Below are positions 1 through 11,216 of a stretch of DNA of 64,000 nt, in pieces. Position numbers and translations under genes: made by a program. Origin of the DNA: an uncultured Chloroflexia bacterium (GTDB lineage: Bacteria > Chloroflexota > Limnocylindria > Limnocylindrales > CSP1-4); contig CAVXPZ010000003.1 of assembly GCA_963763775.1 (NCBI GenBank), forward strand, positions 224,001 through 288,000, given 5' to 3'. The notes beneath the pieces were generated by a model. That model saw only the letters and a program-made list of their open reading frames with translations. It was not told where the DNA came from and did not search any database. The stretch's first letter is position 1; each line of letters starts with the position of its first letter.

Positions 1-1047
1 GAGCGACAGGCGACCATCGCACAGAACGCCGCCTTCGATGCCGAACGCCAGGAGGCGTCCCTCCTGGCCGCGGCGGAGGACGAGATGGGACCCATCCCGG
101 ACGACCAGCTTCGACTCATCTTCACGTGCTGCCATCCGGCGCTGCCGCTGGACGGCCGGGTGGCGCTGACCCTCCGGACCCTCGGCGGGCTGACGACGCC
201 CGAGATCGCGCGGGCATTCCTGGTCCCGGAGCCGACCCTCGCGCAGCGGCTCGTCCGCGCCAAGCGGAAGATCCGCGATGCCGGGATCCCCTACCGAGTC
301 CCGCCGGCCGAATTGCTCCCGGAGCGCCTCGATGGCGTGCTCAAGGTCCTGTACCTGATCTTCAACGAGGGGTATGCCGCGTCCTCGGGCGATGCGCTCA
401 TCCGCCGCGAGCTCTGCGCGGAGGCCATCCGGCTGACCCGGATCGTCGTCGCGCTGCTCCCCGACGCGCCGGAGGCGACCGGGCTGCTCGCCCTGATGCT
501 CCTCCACGACGCCCGGCGGGACGCCCGGGTCGGGGCGTCCGGCGAGGTCATCCTGCTCGAGGCACAGGACCGCTCGCGGTGGGATCAGGGACGCATCGTC
601 GAGGGACAGGCCCTCGTCGACCTCGCGCTGCGGGCCGGCGCCCCTGGGCCGTACCAGATCCAGGCCGCGATCGCGGCCCTCCACGACGAAGCGGCCGAGC
701 CGGCCGCGACCGACTGGGTCCAGATCGCGACGCTGTACCAGGCGCTGCTGCGGATGTCACCGTCGCCGGTCGTGGAACTCAACTTCGCCGCCGCCGTCGC
801 CATGGCCGACGGCCCGGCCGTGGGCCTGGCGATGATGGACGCGCTGGCCGCCGACGGCGCCCTCGAGGACTACCCGTACTTCCACGCGGCCCGGGCCGAC
901 CTGCTGCGGCGGCTCGGCCGCTGGTCCGAGGCGGCGACCGCGTATCGACGGGCGCTGGACATCACGACGAATGCGCCGGAACGGGCGTTCCTGGAGGGTC
1001 GCCTGGCCGAGGTCAGCGCGGAGGCGGGGCGGACGCCACCGCATTGA
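1..1047 (+). CDS. ECF RNA polymerase sigma factor with C-terminal TPR-like extension (ECF42-like), 5' truncated by window edge
   Basis: Frame open from base 1. [36 protein letters not shown] (sigma region 4), LYLIFNEGY and [12 protein letters not shown] motifs are typical of ECF42-type sigma factors. Confidence 0.9.
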   Translation, partial: ERQATIAQNAAFDAERQEASLLAAAEDEMGPIPDDQLRLIFTCCHPALPLDGRVALTLRTLGGLTTPEIARAFLVPEPTLAQRLVRAKRKIRDAGIPYRVPPAELLPERLDGVLKVLYLIFNEGYAASSGDALIRRELCAEAIRLTRIVVALLPDAPEATGLLALMLLHDARRDARVGASGEVILLEAQDRSRWDQGRIVEGQALVDLALRAGAPGPYQIQAAIAALHDEAAEPAATDWVQIATLYQALLRMSPSPVVELNFAAAVAMADGPAVGLAMMDALAADGALEDYPYFHAARADLLRRLGRWSEAATAYRRALDITTNAPERAFLEGRLAEVSAEAGRTPPH

Positions 1048-1687
1048 TGCGCAGGACCCGCACCCCCTTGGACGCGGCGTCCTCGAGATCCTCGGTCGTG
1101 GGCACGACGTAGCGGGCCAGCTCGTCGAGCCCGGTCGCCGGGAGGTAGACGCGACCGAGGTCGCCGGTCAGGACGAGGGCGCCGCGCGCCGCGAGCGTCC
1201 GAAGCCAGGGATCGATGCGCGCGGCGACCTCCGCCTCGTACCACAGGTCGCCCACGAGGACGACGTCCCAGCCGTCGTCCGTGCCGGTGGGATCGGCCTC
1301 GAGCGCGTCGACGGTCACGCCGTTCGCGGCCGCGTTGACCCGGCAGGCCTCGACGGCGAAGACCTCGATGTCGATCGCCGATACGGAGCGGGCGCCGGCC
1401 ATCGCCGCGGCGATCGCGACGATCCCGCCGCCGGTCCCGATATCGGCCACGGACCGGCCGCGGACGACCTCAGGATGGTCCAGCACATACCGGGCCAGGG
1501 CCTGTCCGCCGGCCCACGGCCACGCCCAGTAGGGCGGTGGAACGGCGGGACGGATGTCGGCGAGGGCGGCCGCCTCCCAGAGCGGCATGGAATCGCCCCC
1601 GATCCGCAGGCGGATCTCGGGGACGATGGGCGAGGCGCCCTCGACCGTGTGATCGAGGATGAACGACCGGCGCTCGTCGGGGGTCAC
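1013..1687 (-). CDS. SAM-dependent protein methyltransferase (Methyltransf_16/METTL20-like)
   Basis: [21 protein letters not shown]-binding motif DIGTGGG and GDLWYE. Confidence 0.85.
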   Translation of the reverse strand: MTPDERRSFILDHTVEGASPIVPEIRLRIGGDSMPLWEAAALADIRPAVPPPYWAWPWAGGQALARYVLDHPEVVRGRSVADIGTGGGIVAIAAAMAGARSVSAIDIEVFAVEACRVNAAANGVTVDALEADPTGTDDGWDVVLVGDLWYEAEVAARIDPWLRTLAARGALVLTGDLGRVYLPATGLDELARYVVPTTEDLEDAASKGVRVLRINAVASAPPPR

Positions 1688-1730
1688 GCGCCCAGTGTGG
1701 CGGACGCGCGACCCCGTCGGAGGCTGGCGA

Positions 1731-2795
1731 CTACGGCAGGCGGCCGAACCAGAGCGCCGACAGCCCGGCGGCCGCGACGACCATGATCAGCGCCGCGCCG
1801 GCGAAGAACACGGTGACTTCCTGGGTCTGCTCGGTGTAACCGACGCGGGACTGCAGGTTGTCGTAGACGGCCTGCAGGTCGGCGGCCGACGGGGCGTCGA
1901 ACGCGATCGCGTTCGTCGTCTCGGCGATCTTCGCCAGCGTGTCGGTGTCCGGCGGCACCTGGAGCGTCGTGGGCTGCCCGTTGTCGTCGGGGACGGTGAC
2001 TTCGCCGTTCGGCGTCCCGAGCGCGATCGTGTAGATCGGCACGTTCATGGACGCGGCGCGGTCGGCGGCCTGGAGCGGGTCGGCCGTGCCGGTCGTGCTG
2101 GCACCGTCCGAGAGCAGGATCGCCGCCACGAGCGGCTGACCCGACGGCTCGTCGATGGGGGCGCTGCCCGAAGGGGCACCGCTCGGGGCCGGGCTGGCGG
2201 GCGCGCCCGACGGGGTCGCCGCACTGCCGGTGGCGCCGGTCGCGGCATCGCCGGCCTGGATCGTCCCGGCGAGGTCGAGGACCTGCATCAGGGCGTCACC
2301 CATGGCCGTGCCGGCCTCGGGCTGGAGGCTCTCGATCGCGGCCTTGAGGGTTTCGCGGTCGGTGGTCGGCGGGACCAGCGTGTGGGCCTCGGTCGAGAAC
2401 GACACGATGCCGACCCGGACCTGTGGCGGGAGGGTGGCGAGGAAGGACTCGGCGGCCGCCTTCGCGGCGGCGAGCCGGGTCGGGGCGACATCCGTGGCCT
2501 TCATCGAGCCGGAGACGTCGATGGCGAGGATCACGGACGCGTCCTCGCGCGGGACCGCCATGACCATCGTCGGCCGGGCGAGGGCGAGGGCCAGCGCCGC
2601 GACCGCGCCGAGGTAGATCGCGGCCGGGAGGTGGCGGCGCCACGACGGTCGCTTCGGGGCGATGTTCGCGAGGAGGTCGAGGTTCGTGAATCGGACCGCA
2701 TAGCGCGACCGACGACGCTGGACCAGGAGGTAGAGCCCGGCCAGCACAGGGATCAGCAGCAGGCCGAGGAGAAGGATCGGGGTGAGGAAGGTCAT
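1731..2795 (-). CDS. VWA domain membrane protein (MoxR-associated, BatA-like N-terminus)
   Basis: MIDAS motif DVSGSM, TAMGDAL, LLSDG; N- and C-terminal TM segments; 4-bp overlap with the DUF58 gene. Confidence 0.9.
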   Translation of the reverse strand: MTFLTPILLLGLLLIPVLAGLYLLVQRRRSRYAVRFTNLDLLANIAPKRPSWRRHLPAAIYLGAVAALALALARPTMVMAVPREDASVILAIDVSGSMKATDVAPTRLAAAKAAAESFLATLPPQVRVGIVSFSTEAHTLVPPTTDRETLKAAIESLQPEAGTAMGDALMQVLDLAGTIQAGDAATGATGSAATPSGAPASPAPSGAPSGSAPIDEPSGQPLVAAILLSDGASTTGTADPLQAADRAASMNVPIYTIALGTPNGEVTVPDDNGQPTTLQVPPDTDTLAKIAETTNAIAFDAPSAADLQAVYDNLQSRVGYTEQTQEVTVFFAGAALIMVVAAAGLSALWFGRLP

Positions 2796-3723
2796 GCGGT
2801 ACGTCCAGTCGGGTCGAGGCTGCGCGCGAGCGCGTCCAGCCAGCTGCCTTGGGTGGTCAATCGGATGTGGCGGATGCCCAGGCGTCGGAACTCGGCGGCC
2901 ACGGCGGCCCGCTCGGCCTGGGCGGCCTCGCCGAACGCCGAGCGCAGCCGGCGGTCGCCGGTGTCGACCTTGAGCGTCCGTCCGCTCTCCGGGTCGATGA
3001 GGGTGAGCTCACCGACGTCGACGAGGGCGTCCTCGCGCGGGTCGACGACTTCGATGGCGACCACCGCGTGTCGGCCGGCCACCGCGGTCAGCGGAGCGCG
3101 CCAGTCGATCGGGCCGCGGAAGTCGGACACGATCGCGACGAGTCCCGCCGTCGTCCGCGAGGTCGCGACCGCGTGGAGGGCTCGAGCCAGCGTCGCGCCG
3201 GCCTTGCCCTCTTCGGGCGGCTCGATGGCGAGCGCGCGGAGCAGGTTCAGCATCCCGTTGCGGCCGCCCGCGGGCGGCAGGATCCGCTCGCGCTCGCCGC
3301 CGAACGTGATGACGCCGAGACGGTCCGACCGTCGCGAGACGAACCGGCCGATGACGAGCGATGCGCCTTCGGCGACGTCCGCCTTGCGCCGGTCGGCCGT
3401 CCCGAAGTGCATCGAGGCGGAGGTGTCGAGCAGGAGCCACGCCGTCAGCTGGCGATCCGGCACGTCCTCGCGGACCTGCGGGACCAGGCTCCGGGCCGTG
3501 GCGTTCCAGTCGATGCGCCGGACGTCGTCGCCGGCCTCGTACGGGCGCAGCCGGTCGAGGTCCAGCCCGAGCCCGAGCCCGGACCCGCGGTGGTCGCCGA
3601 CCATGCGGCCGCCGACCCGCCGGCCGAGCGTGACCTCGAGCCGGCGGACGAGGTCGTCCGCGATCGGACCGGGACCGGGGCGCGCGGGGGTCCGCGGCGC
3701 GCCAACGATCCGGGACAGGTCGG

Positions 3724-3727
<4 letters not shown>
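2792..3727 (-). CDS. DUF58 domain protein
   Basis: LRPYEAGDDVRRIDWNATAR and LLDTSASMHFG; canonical position between moxR and the VWA gene. Confidence 0.9.
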
Positions 3728-4761
<1,034 letters not shown>

Positions 4762-4923
4762 GGCGGCTCATCTCACGGTGACGGTGGGGTGGGTCGGATG
4801 GCGCGGTGTCCATCCCGGTCACCCCACTATCGCGGCCGTTCCTGAAGGCTCGGTGAGAGAGCAGGTTTGGAATCCTGAAATCTTTCGGTGCCGCCCCGCG
4901 GCGGCGCGGACAGCCCCCGGACG

Positions 4924-6301
4924 TCAGGCGAGCAGGGCCTGCACGATCGCGTCCACGTGCGCCTTCTCGGGCACGACGATCATCGTGTTGACCATGCCGA
5001 ACATGCCGTCCGCGCCCTCGACGTGCGGGAGGATGTGGCAGTGGAAGGCCCACACGCCAAGGGTCTTGGCCTTCACGAGGACGTCGTACCGCTCACCGGG
5101 ATTGACGCCGAGGGTGTCGGTCGTGAACTCCGCCGACCCAAGCGGCCATCCATCGCGGGCGATGACGCGCATCGGCAGCCCGTGCAGGTGCCACGGGTGC
5201 ATCATGATCCCCTCGTTCATGAACCGGACGCGCACCGTCTCGCCCTGCGCGGCCAGGACCGGGACGGTCGCCGGGAACGCCGTGGCCGTTGATCGTGAAG
5301 CCGCCAAGCTCGTCGTTCGAGATCCAGATGTAGTCGCGGTCGTAGGCGACCGGCTCGGGCTTCGGATCGACGATGAACGCCCCCAGCAGGCCGCGGCCGA
5401 CCTGGTCGGTGGCGTTGTGGTGCGAGTGGTACATCATCGAGCCGGCGTTGCGCGCCACGAAGTCGTAGGCGTAGGTCTCGCCCGGGACGATCGGCTTCTG
5501 GGTCACGAACGGCACGCCGTCCTGGAAGAAGTCGTCGAACTCGACCCCGTGGAAATGGACCGACGTCGTCTCCTTGAGATTGTTCGTGAACACCGCGCGG
5601 ACCTTGTCGCCCTGGTTGACGCGGATGGTCGGACCGGGCCACTGGCCGTTGTACCCGAGCGCCGCGACCGGCGGCATGATCTCGTCGATCTTCTGCTCGA
5701 ACTCGTCGACGGTGAGCTTGAAGACCTTGACGTCGCCCTCCATCGTCGGCTTGAGCGGCGTGAGCGCGTCACTGAGGACGAGCTGCGGCACCTGGACGAA
5801 GGCCGGCTTCTGACTCAGGGCCGGATAGTCGTCCTCGACCCCGAGGATGTCGGCGAGCTTCGCCACGACCGGCGCGGGATACACGGCCGGCAGGGCCTTG
5901 ACGAGGTCGCCGAGGTAGCGGCGGACCTTGTCGCGGGCGGCGATGTCGTGCGCGGTCCAGCCCGGAGGCATGTTCGCGATCGGCGATGCGGACGGCGCGG
6001 CCGAGGCCGGTGCGACGCTCGGCTCCATCGAGTGGCCCGCGCTGGCGACGGCCGCCGCCGTGGCGCTGGCTGCCGGTGCGGCCGTCGCGCTCGCCGCCGC
6101 TGACGCGGCCGGCGCTGCGCCACTGGGCGCGGTGGTCGGGCCATAGGTCCACCCGGCCGTGGCGACGGGCGAGCAGGCCGCGATGCTGGCGGCGACGAGG
6201 CCGCCCCCAGCGATCGCCGCGCCGCGGAGGAAACCACGACGCGAGAGGGACGAGTCGACGAGGTCCGGTGTGGGCAGGGGGTCCTGCGTCTGCGTATCCA
6301 T
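4924..6301 (-). CDS. Tat-exported two-domain multicopper oxidase (small laccase-like); frameshift near 5280
   Basis: SRRGFL twin-arginine signal with IAAC lipobox. Copper motifs VHFHG and YHSH in ORF 5093..6301; HPWHLHG and FHCHILPH in ORF 4924..5307. Confidence 0.85.
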
Positions 6302-6374
6302 GGCGCGAATGGTGACGTCCCGGGCAACGCCGCGTGAGGTGACATTCGGCCCGTTCGTGCCGGGCCGAACGGCG

Positions 6375-8003
6375 TCAGCCGCCCTGCTGGATCAGGGACA
6401 CGATGACGTCCACGTCGTCGCTCCCCATGACGCCCTGGTACTTGGCGCGCACGGTCCCGCCGCCGTCGACCACGAAGGTCCACGGCATCGAGCGGGCGCC
6501 CCACGGGTCGCCGCCGATGCCCCACGCCGGCCGCCACATCCGTGAGCGCCGGGTCCACGATCGAGCCGTCGAGCACCGGCGTGTCCGTGATGACCGAGTA
6601 GCGGTAGGGCTCGAGGTGGATGAACCCGACCGTCGGCCACCGGTCGACGAGGTAGCGGGCCATGATGATGGCGCGACCGCAGGCCGGCGAGACGCGGAAC
6701 TTGGTCGAGTCGATCACGAGCACGAACGGCTGATGCTCGGCGAGCGCGTCGGTCGTGGAGCGTTGCGAGAGTCGCAGATCCGGCGCCGGATCCGTGGTGA
6801 TGGCCTTGGCCAGGCCGTTCACGTCGGCCAGCGTCGGGGTGTGCGCGGTCGGCGCCGGCGCCCCGATAGCCGCCGATGTGCCGGGGTCCAGCGCGGTGAC
6901 GTCCACGCTCCCGGTGGCAGTCACACTCGCCAGCGGCGCGGTGACCTGGAGGTGCCAGAGCCCTGGGGTCGGGATCGCCACGTCGGCGACGTACGAGACC
7001 TCGGCGACACCGGGCGGCTGGACCGGGGTCGCCTCGACGGGCGCCCCCACAGGATCACCGGCCAGGGACAGCGAGCTGCACGGTCGGTCGCAGCCCCGGG
7101 TCGTCGATGCGCGTCCCACCGACCGAGAGCGCGAGGATGACCGGGCTCGGTGGGCCGGACCACACCGAGGTCGAGACGGCCCGCACGTCGAGGGCGGCAG
7201 CGGACGGAGTCGGCGGTCGCGGTCGCCGCCGCTGTCGCCGCGGGCGTGACGGCCGGCGTCGCGACGGACGCGACCGCGATCGGGTTCGCGACCACCTCGT
7301 GCAGGACCGCCACCATGGCGTCGGCGCCGGTCCCGAACGGGAACGCCGCCCGCAGCGTCCCGGCCGCGTCCACCAGGAACACCGTCGCCGTGTGCGACAT
7401 GGCATACCCGTCGGCGGTGCCGGTCTCGACGCGGGCGTACCGGACACCCCACGCGTCAGCGGCGGTCCGGACGGTGGCATCGGTGCCCGTCAGCGCCACG
7501 AACCCCGCCGGCAGGTACTTCGCGTACTCGCGCAACCACGCGGGGGTGTCGCGGCCAGGGTCGATGCTCGCGAAGACCGCCCTGACGGGCATCCGGGCCG
7601 CCTCCATCGCCTCCCCGATCGTGCCGATCGTCGCCGGGCAGACGTCGGGACAGTGCGTGTAGCCGAAGAACACGAAGGTCGGCGAGCCCTGGAGCGAGGC
7701 CAGCGTGAAGGGCTGGGCGTCCTGGTCGACCAGCTCGAGCGGCGGCGCCTTCGTCACGCCGGGTGTCAGGAACGCGGAGACGTCGACCGAGTCGCCCGGC
7801 GCGGACGCGGAGGCGCCGGCGGCCGGCACGGCACCCGCGGCGCCGTCCCCGGGCGATGGCCCGCCGCGGAGCAGCGCCGAGAGCAGGAAGAGCGCCCCGA
7901 GGACCACGGCCAGGACCAGCACGAGCCAGAACCCGCCGTCGAGCACGCGGGTGCTGTCATCGCCGGTGGGCGCCGTCGCCGGTGCCGCCGATCGCGGCGC
8001 CAT
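6375..8003 (-). CDS. SCO family copper chaperone with long C-terminal extension; several frameshifts (~7200, ~7050, ~6530)
   Basis: FFGYTHCPDVCP (CxxxC) and MSHTATVFLVD. Coding-like sequence continues across frames to a TGA at 6375 (...PWTFVVDGGGTVRAKYQG...). Confidence 0.75.
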
Positions 8004-8004
8004 G

Positions 8005-8459
8005 TCAGGGTTGCTTGACCTGGGCCTTGACGGTCACGGTCCCGGCGGTCTGGAAGACGAGCGCGAGGTCGATCGTGTCACCGGGGGCGAGGTCGGACGT
8101 GAGACCCATGATCATGAGATGCCCCGCGCCCGGTTCGAGGGTGACCGTCCCTCCCGCCGGGATCGCGAGCCCGTCCATCGATGCCATGCCGGTCATCCCC
8201 GAGGCGTCGGTCATGGTCTGATGGAGTTCGACCGACGCCGCCGACGGGCTGGACGCCGATAGGAGCGTGTCCGCCGAGCTGCCGGTGTTCGTGATCGTCA
8301 GGTAGGCCGCGCTTTCGCCGCCCGCGCTCGCCGGGCGCGCCCACGCATCGGCGGTCGACACGGAGGCGGTCGCACGGAGGGTCCGCCGCAGGCCGATGTC
8401 GCGACCGCGACGAACAGGATCGTCAGCATGAGCGTCAGATGGGCGGTGCGGCGGGTCAT
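8005..8459 (-). CDS. PCu(A)C copper chaperone lipoprotein; frameshift near 8370
   Basis: AWARPA, SAAYLTITN, ELHQTM...M...HLMIMGL motif. The signal peptide with lipobox (TSAC) lies in a different frame, starting at ATG 8459. Confidence 0.85.
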
Positions 8460-8611
8460 CGGTACCTCGAGCCTCGGTCGACAGGCCTCGAAGCATAGGT
8501 GGACATGTCGCGACCGTAGCCGCGGCCCCGCATCGCTCGACAGGTCCGTTCGGCCCACCCGGGACGGGCCAACCCGCCATGTCTGGCGCCGAGGGCTGGG
8601 CCGCGAGTGAT

Positions 8612-9064
8612 CTAGGCGTCGGCCTTCCAGCTCGTGTAGCGCGGCGGCCACTCGTCGGCGTCGGCGCGCGACCCGAGGACAGCGGACGCCACGTCGAACT
8701 CGAAGAGGCCGAACGTCTCGTCGACCGTGAAGGCCCACGCGCTGGCCACCGATGTCCCGCGTCGCCGGGCTCGAGCCACCTCGTGGGCCCGACCGCGGAT
8801 CGAGAACTCGCTCGGGGCTGCGGGGTCCTGGTGCGTGTGCATCGCGTACCGGCCGTCCCGTTCGAGGTCGAGGCGCTTCGGGCCGGCCAGGATGAACGCG
8901 TACAGCCGCCCGTCGACGATGTCGACGGAGATCGGGTGGATGCGCGGCGGCTCGTCGGCGCGGACCGTCGCCAGGAGCACGTCCCCTGCGCCGGTCCGGT
9001 ACATGAGCCGACGCCCCTCGGCGGCGAGCTCGGGGGCGCCGGTCTCGAGATCCGTCCAGCTCAC
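8612..9064 (-). CDS. Pyridoxamine 5'-phosphate oxidase-like (split beta-barrel flavin/F420-binding) protein
   Basis: LATVRADEPPRIHPI and KRLDLERDGRYAMH; GTG start at 9064. Confidence 0.75.
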   Translation of the reverse strand: MSWTDLETGAPELAAEGRRLMYRTGAGDVLLATVRADEPPRIHPISVDIVDGRLYAFILAGPKRLDLERDGRYAMHTHQDPAAPSEFSIRGRAHEVARARRRGTSVASAWAFTVDETFGLFEFDVASAVLGSRADADEWPPRYTSWKADA

Positions 9065-9279
9065 TGGCGGAACCCGTCGCGCGAGTCCGTGCCGAAGGCG
9101 GTCAACAGCATGTCGAGGTTCACGATAGCCGCGATCACGATCGCGGCAAAGGGGCAAGCCTTCCATGTGCGTGACGGCGAGCCTGCACTGGCGTCTTGCG
9201 GCGCGTCCTCGGATGCCGCAACCTAATGCGGCTGCCGCACGCCCCCCGGCCCTCGCCGCACGATCCATCAGGAGGTCCG

Positions 9280-10244
9280 ATGACACCGCGCGTGTCGCCC
9301 GGCCGGTTCGGCCGCTTCATGGCGGTCCTGGCGACGGCCATGCTCGTCGTCGCCTGCAGCGGGGCGGGCGGATCGTCCGCCGCCCCGACCGCGGACCCCG
9401 TCCAAGGACAAGCTCGCCCAGGTCCTGACCCGCGGGACCCTCGTCGGGTTACGCCGAGCTCGACTATCCGCCGCAATCGATCCGCGTCGAAGGTGCGACC
9501 CGGGCCGCCACGACGAAGTGCCTGCCGAACCAGATGACGGCGCAGGAGGTCACCGGCTTCGATGTCGAGACGACCAAGCTGGTGGCGCAGCGGCTCGGCG
9601 TCGAGGCGTGCTTCGTGCAGCCGACCTGGACCGAGGTCACGTCCGGCAACTGGAACGACCGGCTCGACATCGTCTACGGCTCCGGGGCGATCAACGCGAC
9701 GCGGATGGAGCACCTGTGGATGACGCAGCCGTACTACTACGTCCCGCAGCAATTCCTCGTCGGGGCGGACTCGGCTTTCACGCAGCTGTCCGACCTCGAT
9801 GGCAAGAAGATCGGCACGTGCACCAGCTGCACCGTCGAGTCGTACCTGAAAGGCACGCTCAAGATCCCGGGCGTGGACCTGATCCAGAAGGTCAAGGACC
9901 CCCAGCTCGTCGGCTTCGAGACCGAGGCGCCCGGGATCGACGCGCTGGCCGCGGGCACGATCGATGCGTTCCTCACCGCCGAGCCGGTGGGTCTCGAGGC
10001 CGTCAAGGAGGGCAAGCCGCTGCGGCTGCTCGACGAGCCGGCGTTCTCGATGTATCCGACCGGCTTCGTCGACAAGGGCTCCGGGCTCAGTGACACGGCA
10101 TTCGCCGCGAAGGTCGACGAGATCATCCGCGCCGCGCACGCGGATGGCACGCTCAAGGCGATGTCGATGCAGTGGTTCGGCTCCGACTACACGACGCCGG
10201 CGTCGACGTTCGACCTGGCCAAGCTCCAGCAGCAGATCCCATGA
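9280..10244 (+). CDS. Solute-binding lipoprotein, family 3 (amino-acid type); frameshift near 9400
   Basis: GGAGG RBS at 9271, lipobox VVAC, DYPPQS, GFDVE, TQPYYY and DGTLKAMSMQWFG. Confidence 0.85.
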
Positions 10245-11197
10245 GGCGCCCCATGAGGCCGTTCCGCGTCGCCGCCCTCGGATTCGTCATCCTGCTTGCC
10301 GTGGCGGCGTGCAACGGTGCCGCCGCCTCGCCATCGGCGTCCGCCGCGGACCCGACCAAGGACAAGCTCGCCCAGGTCCTCGCGCGCGGCACGCTCGTGC
10401 TCTCGACCGACCCGGACTACGCCCCGCAGTCGTTCGCGGTCAAGGGCGCCACACGCCTCGCGAACACCAAGTGCGCGCCCAATCAGATGACCGCGCCGGA
10501 AGTCTCCGGGTACGACGTGGAGACCGGGAAGCTCGTCGCGGCGGCGCTGGGCGTGGAGCCGTGCTTCGTGGCGGCCCCGTGGGAGCAGATCATCGCGGGC
10601 GACTGGGGCGATCGGTGGGACGTGGCGTGGGGCTCCGGCGCGCTCACCGCCGACCGGATGAAGAGCCTCTATGTCACGCAGCCCTACTACTCGACGCCGG
10701 CGAACTACTTCGTCCGCGCGGACTCGCCGTACCAGAAGCCCGCGGACCTCTCGGGCAAGCAGATCGGCGCGTGCGCGGGCTGCACCCACGAGCAGTACCT
10801 GCGCAAGACACTCACGCTGCCCGGCGAGACGCTCCAGTACCCGGTGACTGATCCGAAGATCGTCACGTACGCCTCTGAGGTGCCGGGGTTCCAGGCGCTC
10901 GAGGCCGGGACCATCGACGCCTTCCTCAGCAGCCAGCCTGTCGGCGCCGCCGCGATCGCGTCCGGGGCCAAGCTTCGGATGCTGGACGAGGCCGCGTTCT
11001 ACACGCAGAAGACCGGCTATGCGGACCGCGGACTGACCCTCGATCCGGTCGCGTTCCTGACCCGCGTGGACCAGGCGATCGCCGACCTTCACGCCCAGGG
11101 CAAGCTCAAGGCGCTCTCCGAGCAGTACTTCGGCACGGACTTCGCGACGGCGGCATCGACGTTCGACCTGGCCTCGATCGACCAGCAGGTCCCGTAG
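10241..11197 (+). CDS. Solute-binding lipoprotein, family 3 (paralog of upstream gene)
   Basis: Lipobox VAAC, DPDYAPQSF, GYDVETGKLVAAALGVE, TQPYYS; ATGA overlap with the upstream gene. Confidence 0.9.
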   Translation: MRRPMRPFRVAALGFVILLAVAACNGAAASPSASAADPTKDKLAQVLARGTLVLSTDPDYAPQSFAVKGATRLANTKCAPNQMTAPEVSGYDVETGKLVAAALGVEPCFVAAPWEQIIAGDWGDRWDVAWGSGALTADRMKSLYVTQPYYSTPANYFVRADSPYQKPADLSGKQIGACAGCTHEQYLRKTLTLPGETLQYPVTDPKIVTYASEVPGFQALEAGTIDAFLSSQPVGAAAIASGAKLRMLDEAAFYTQKTGYADRGLTLDPVAFLTRVDQAIADLHAQGKLKALSEQYFGTDFATAASTFDLASIDQQVP

Positions 11198-11216
11198 GCC
11201 GGATGGGCGTCGCCCG

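Noticed and set aside
4840-4880. TCCTGAA direct repeat upstream of moxR as an OmpR-family binding site
   Set aside because: Only two 7-mers about 33 bp apart with poor intervening copies; too weak to call.
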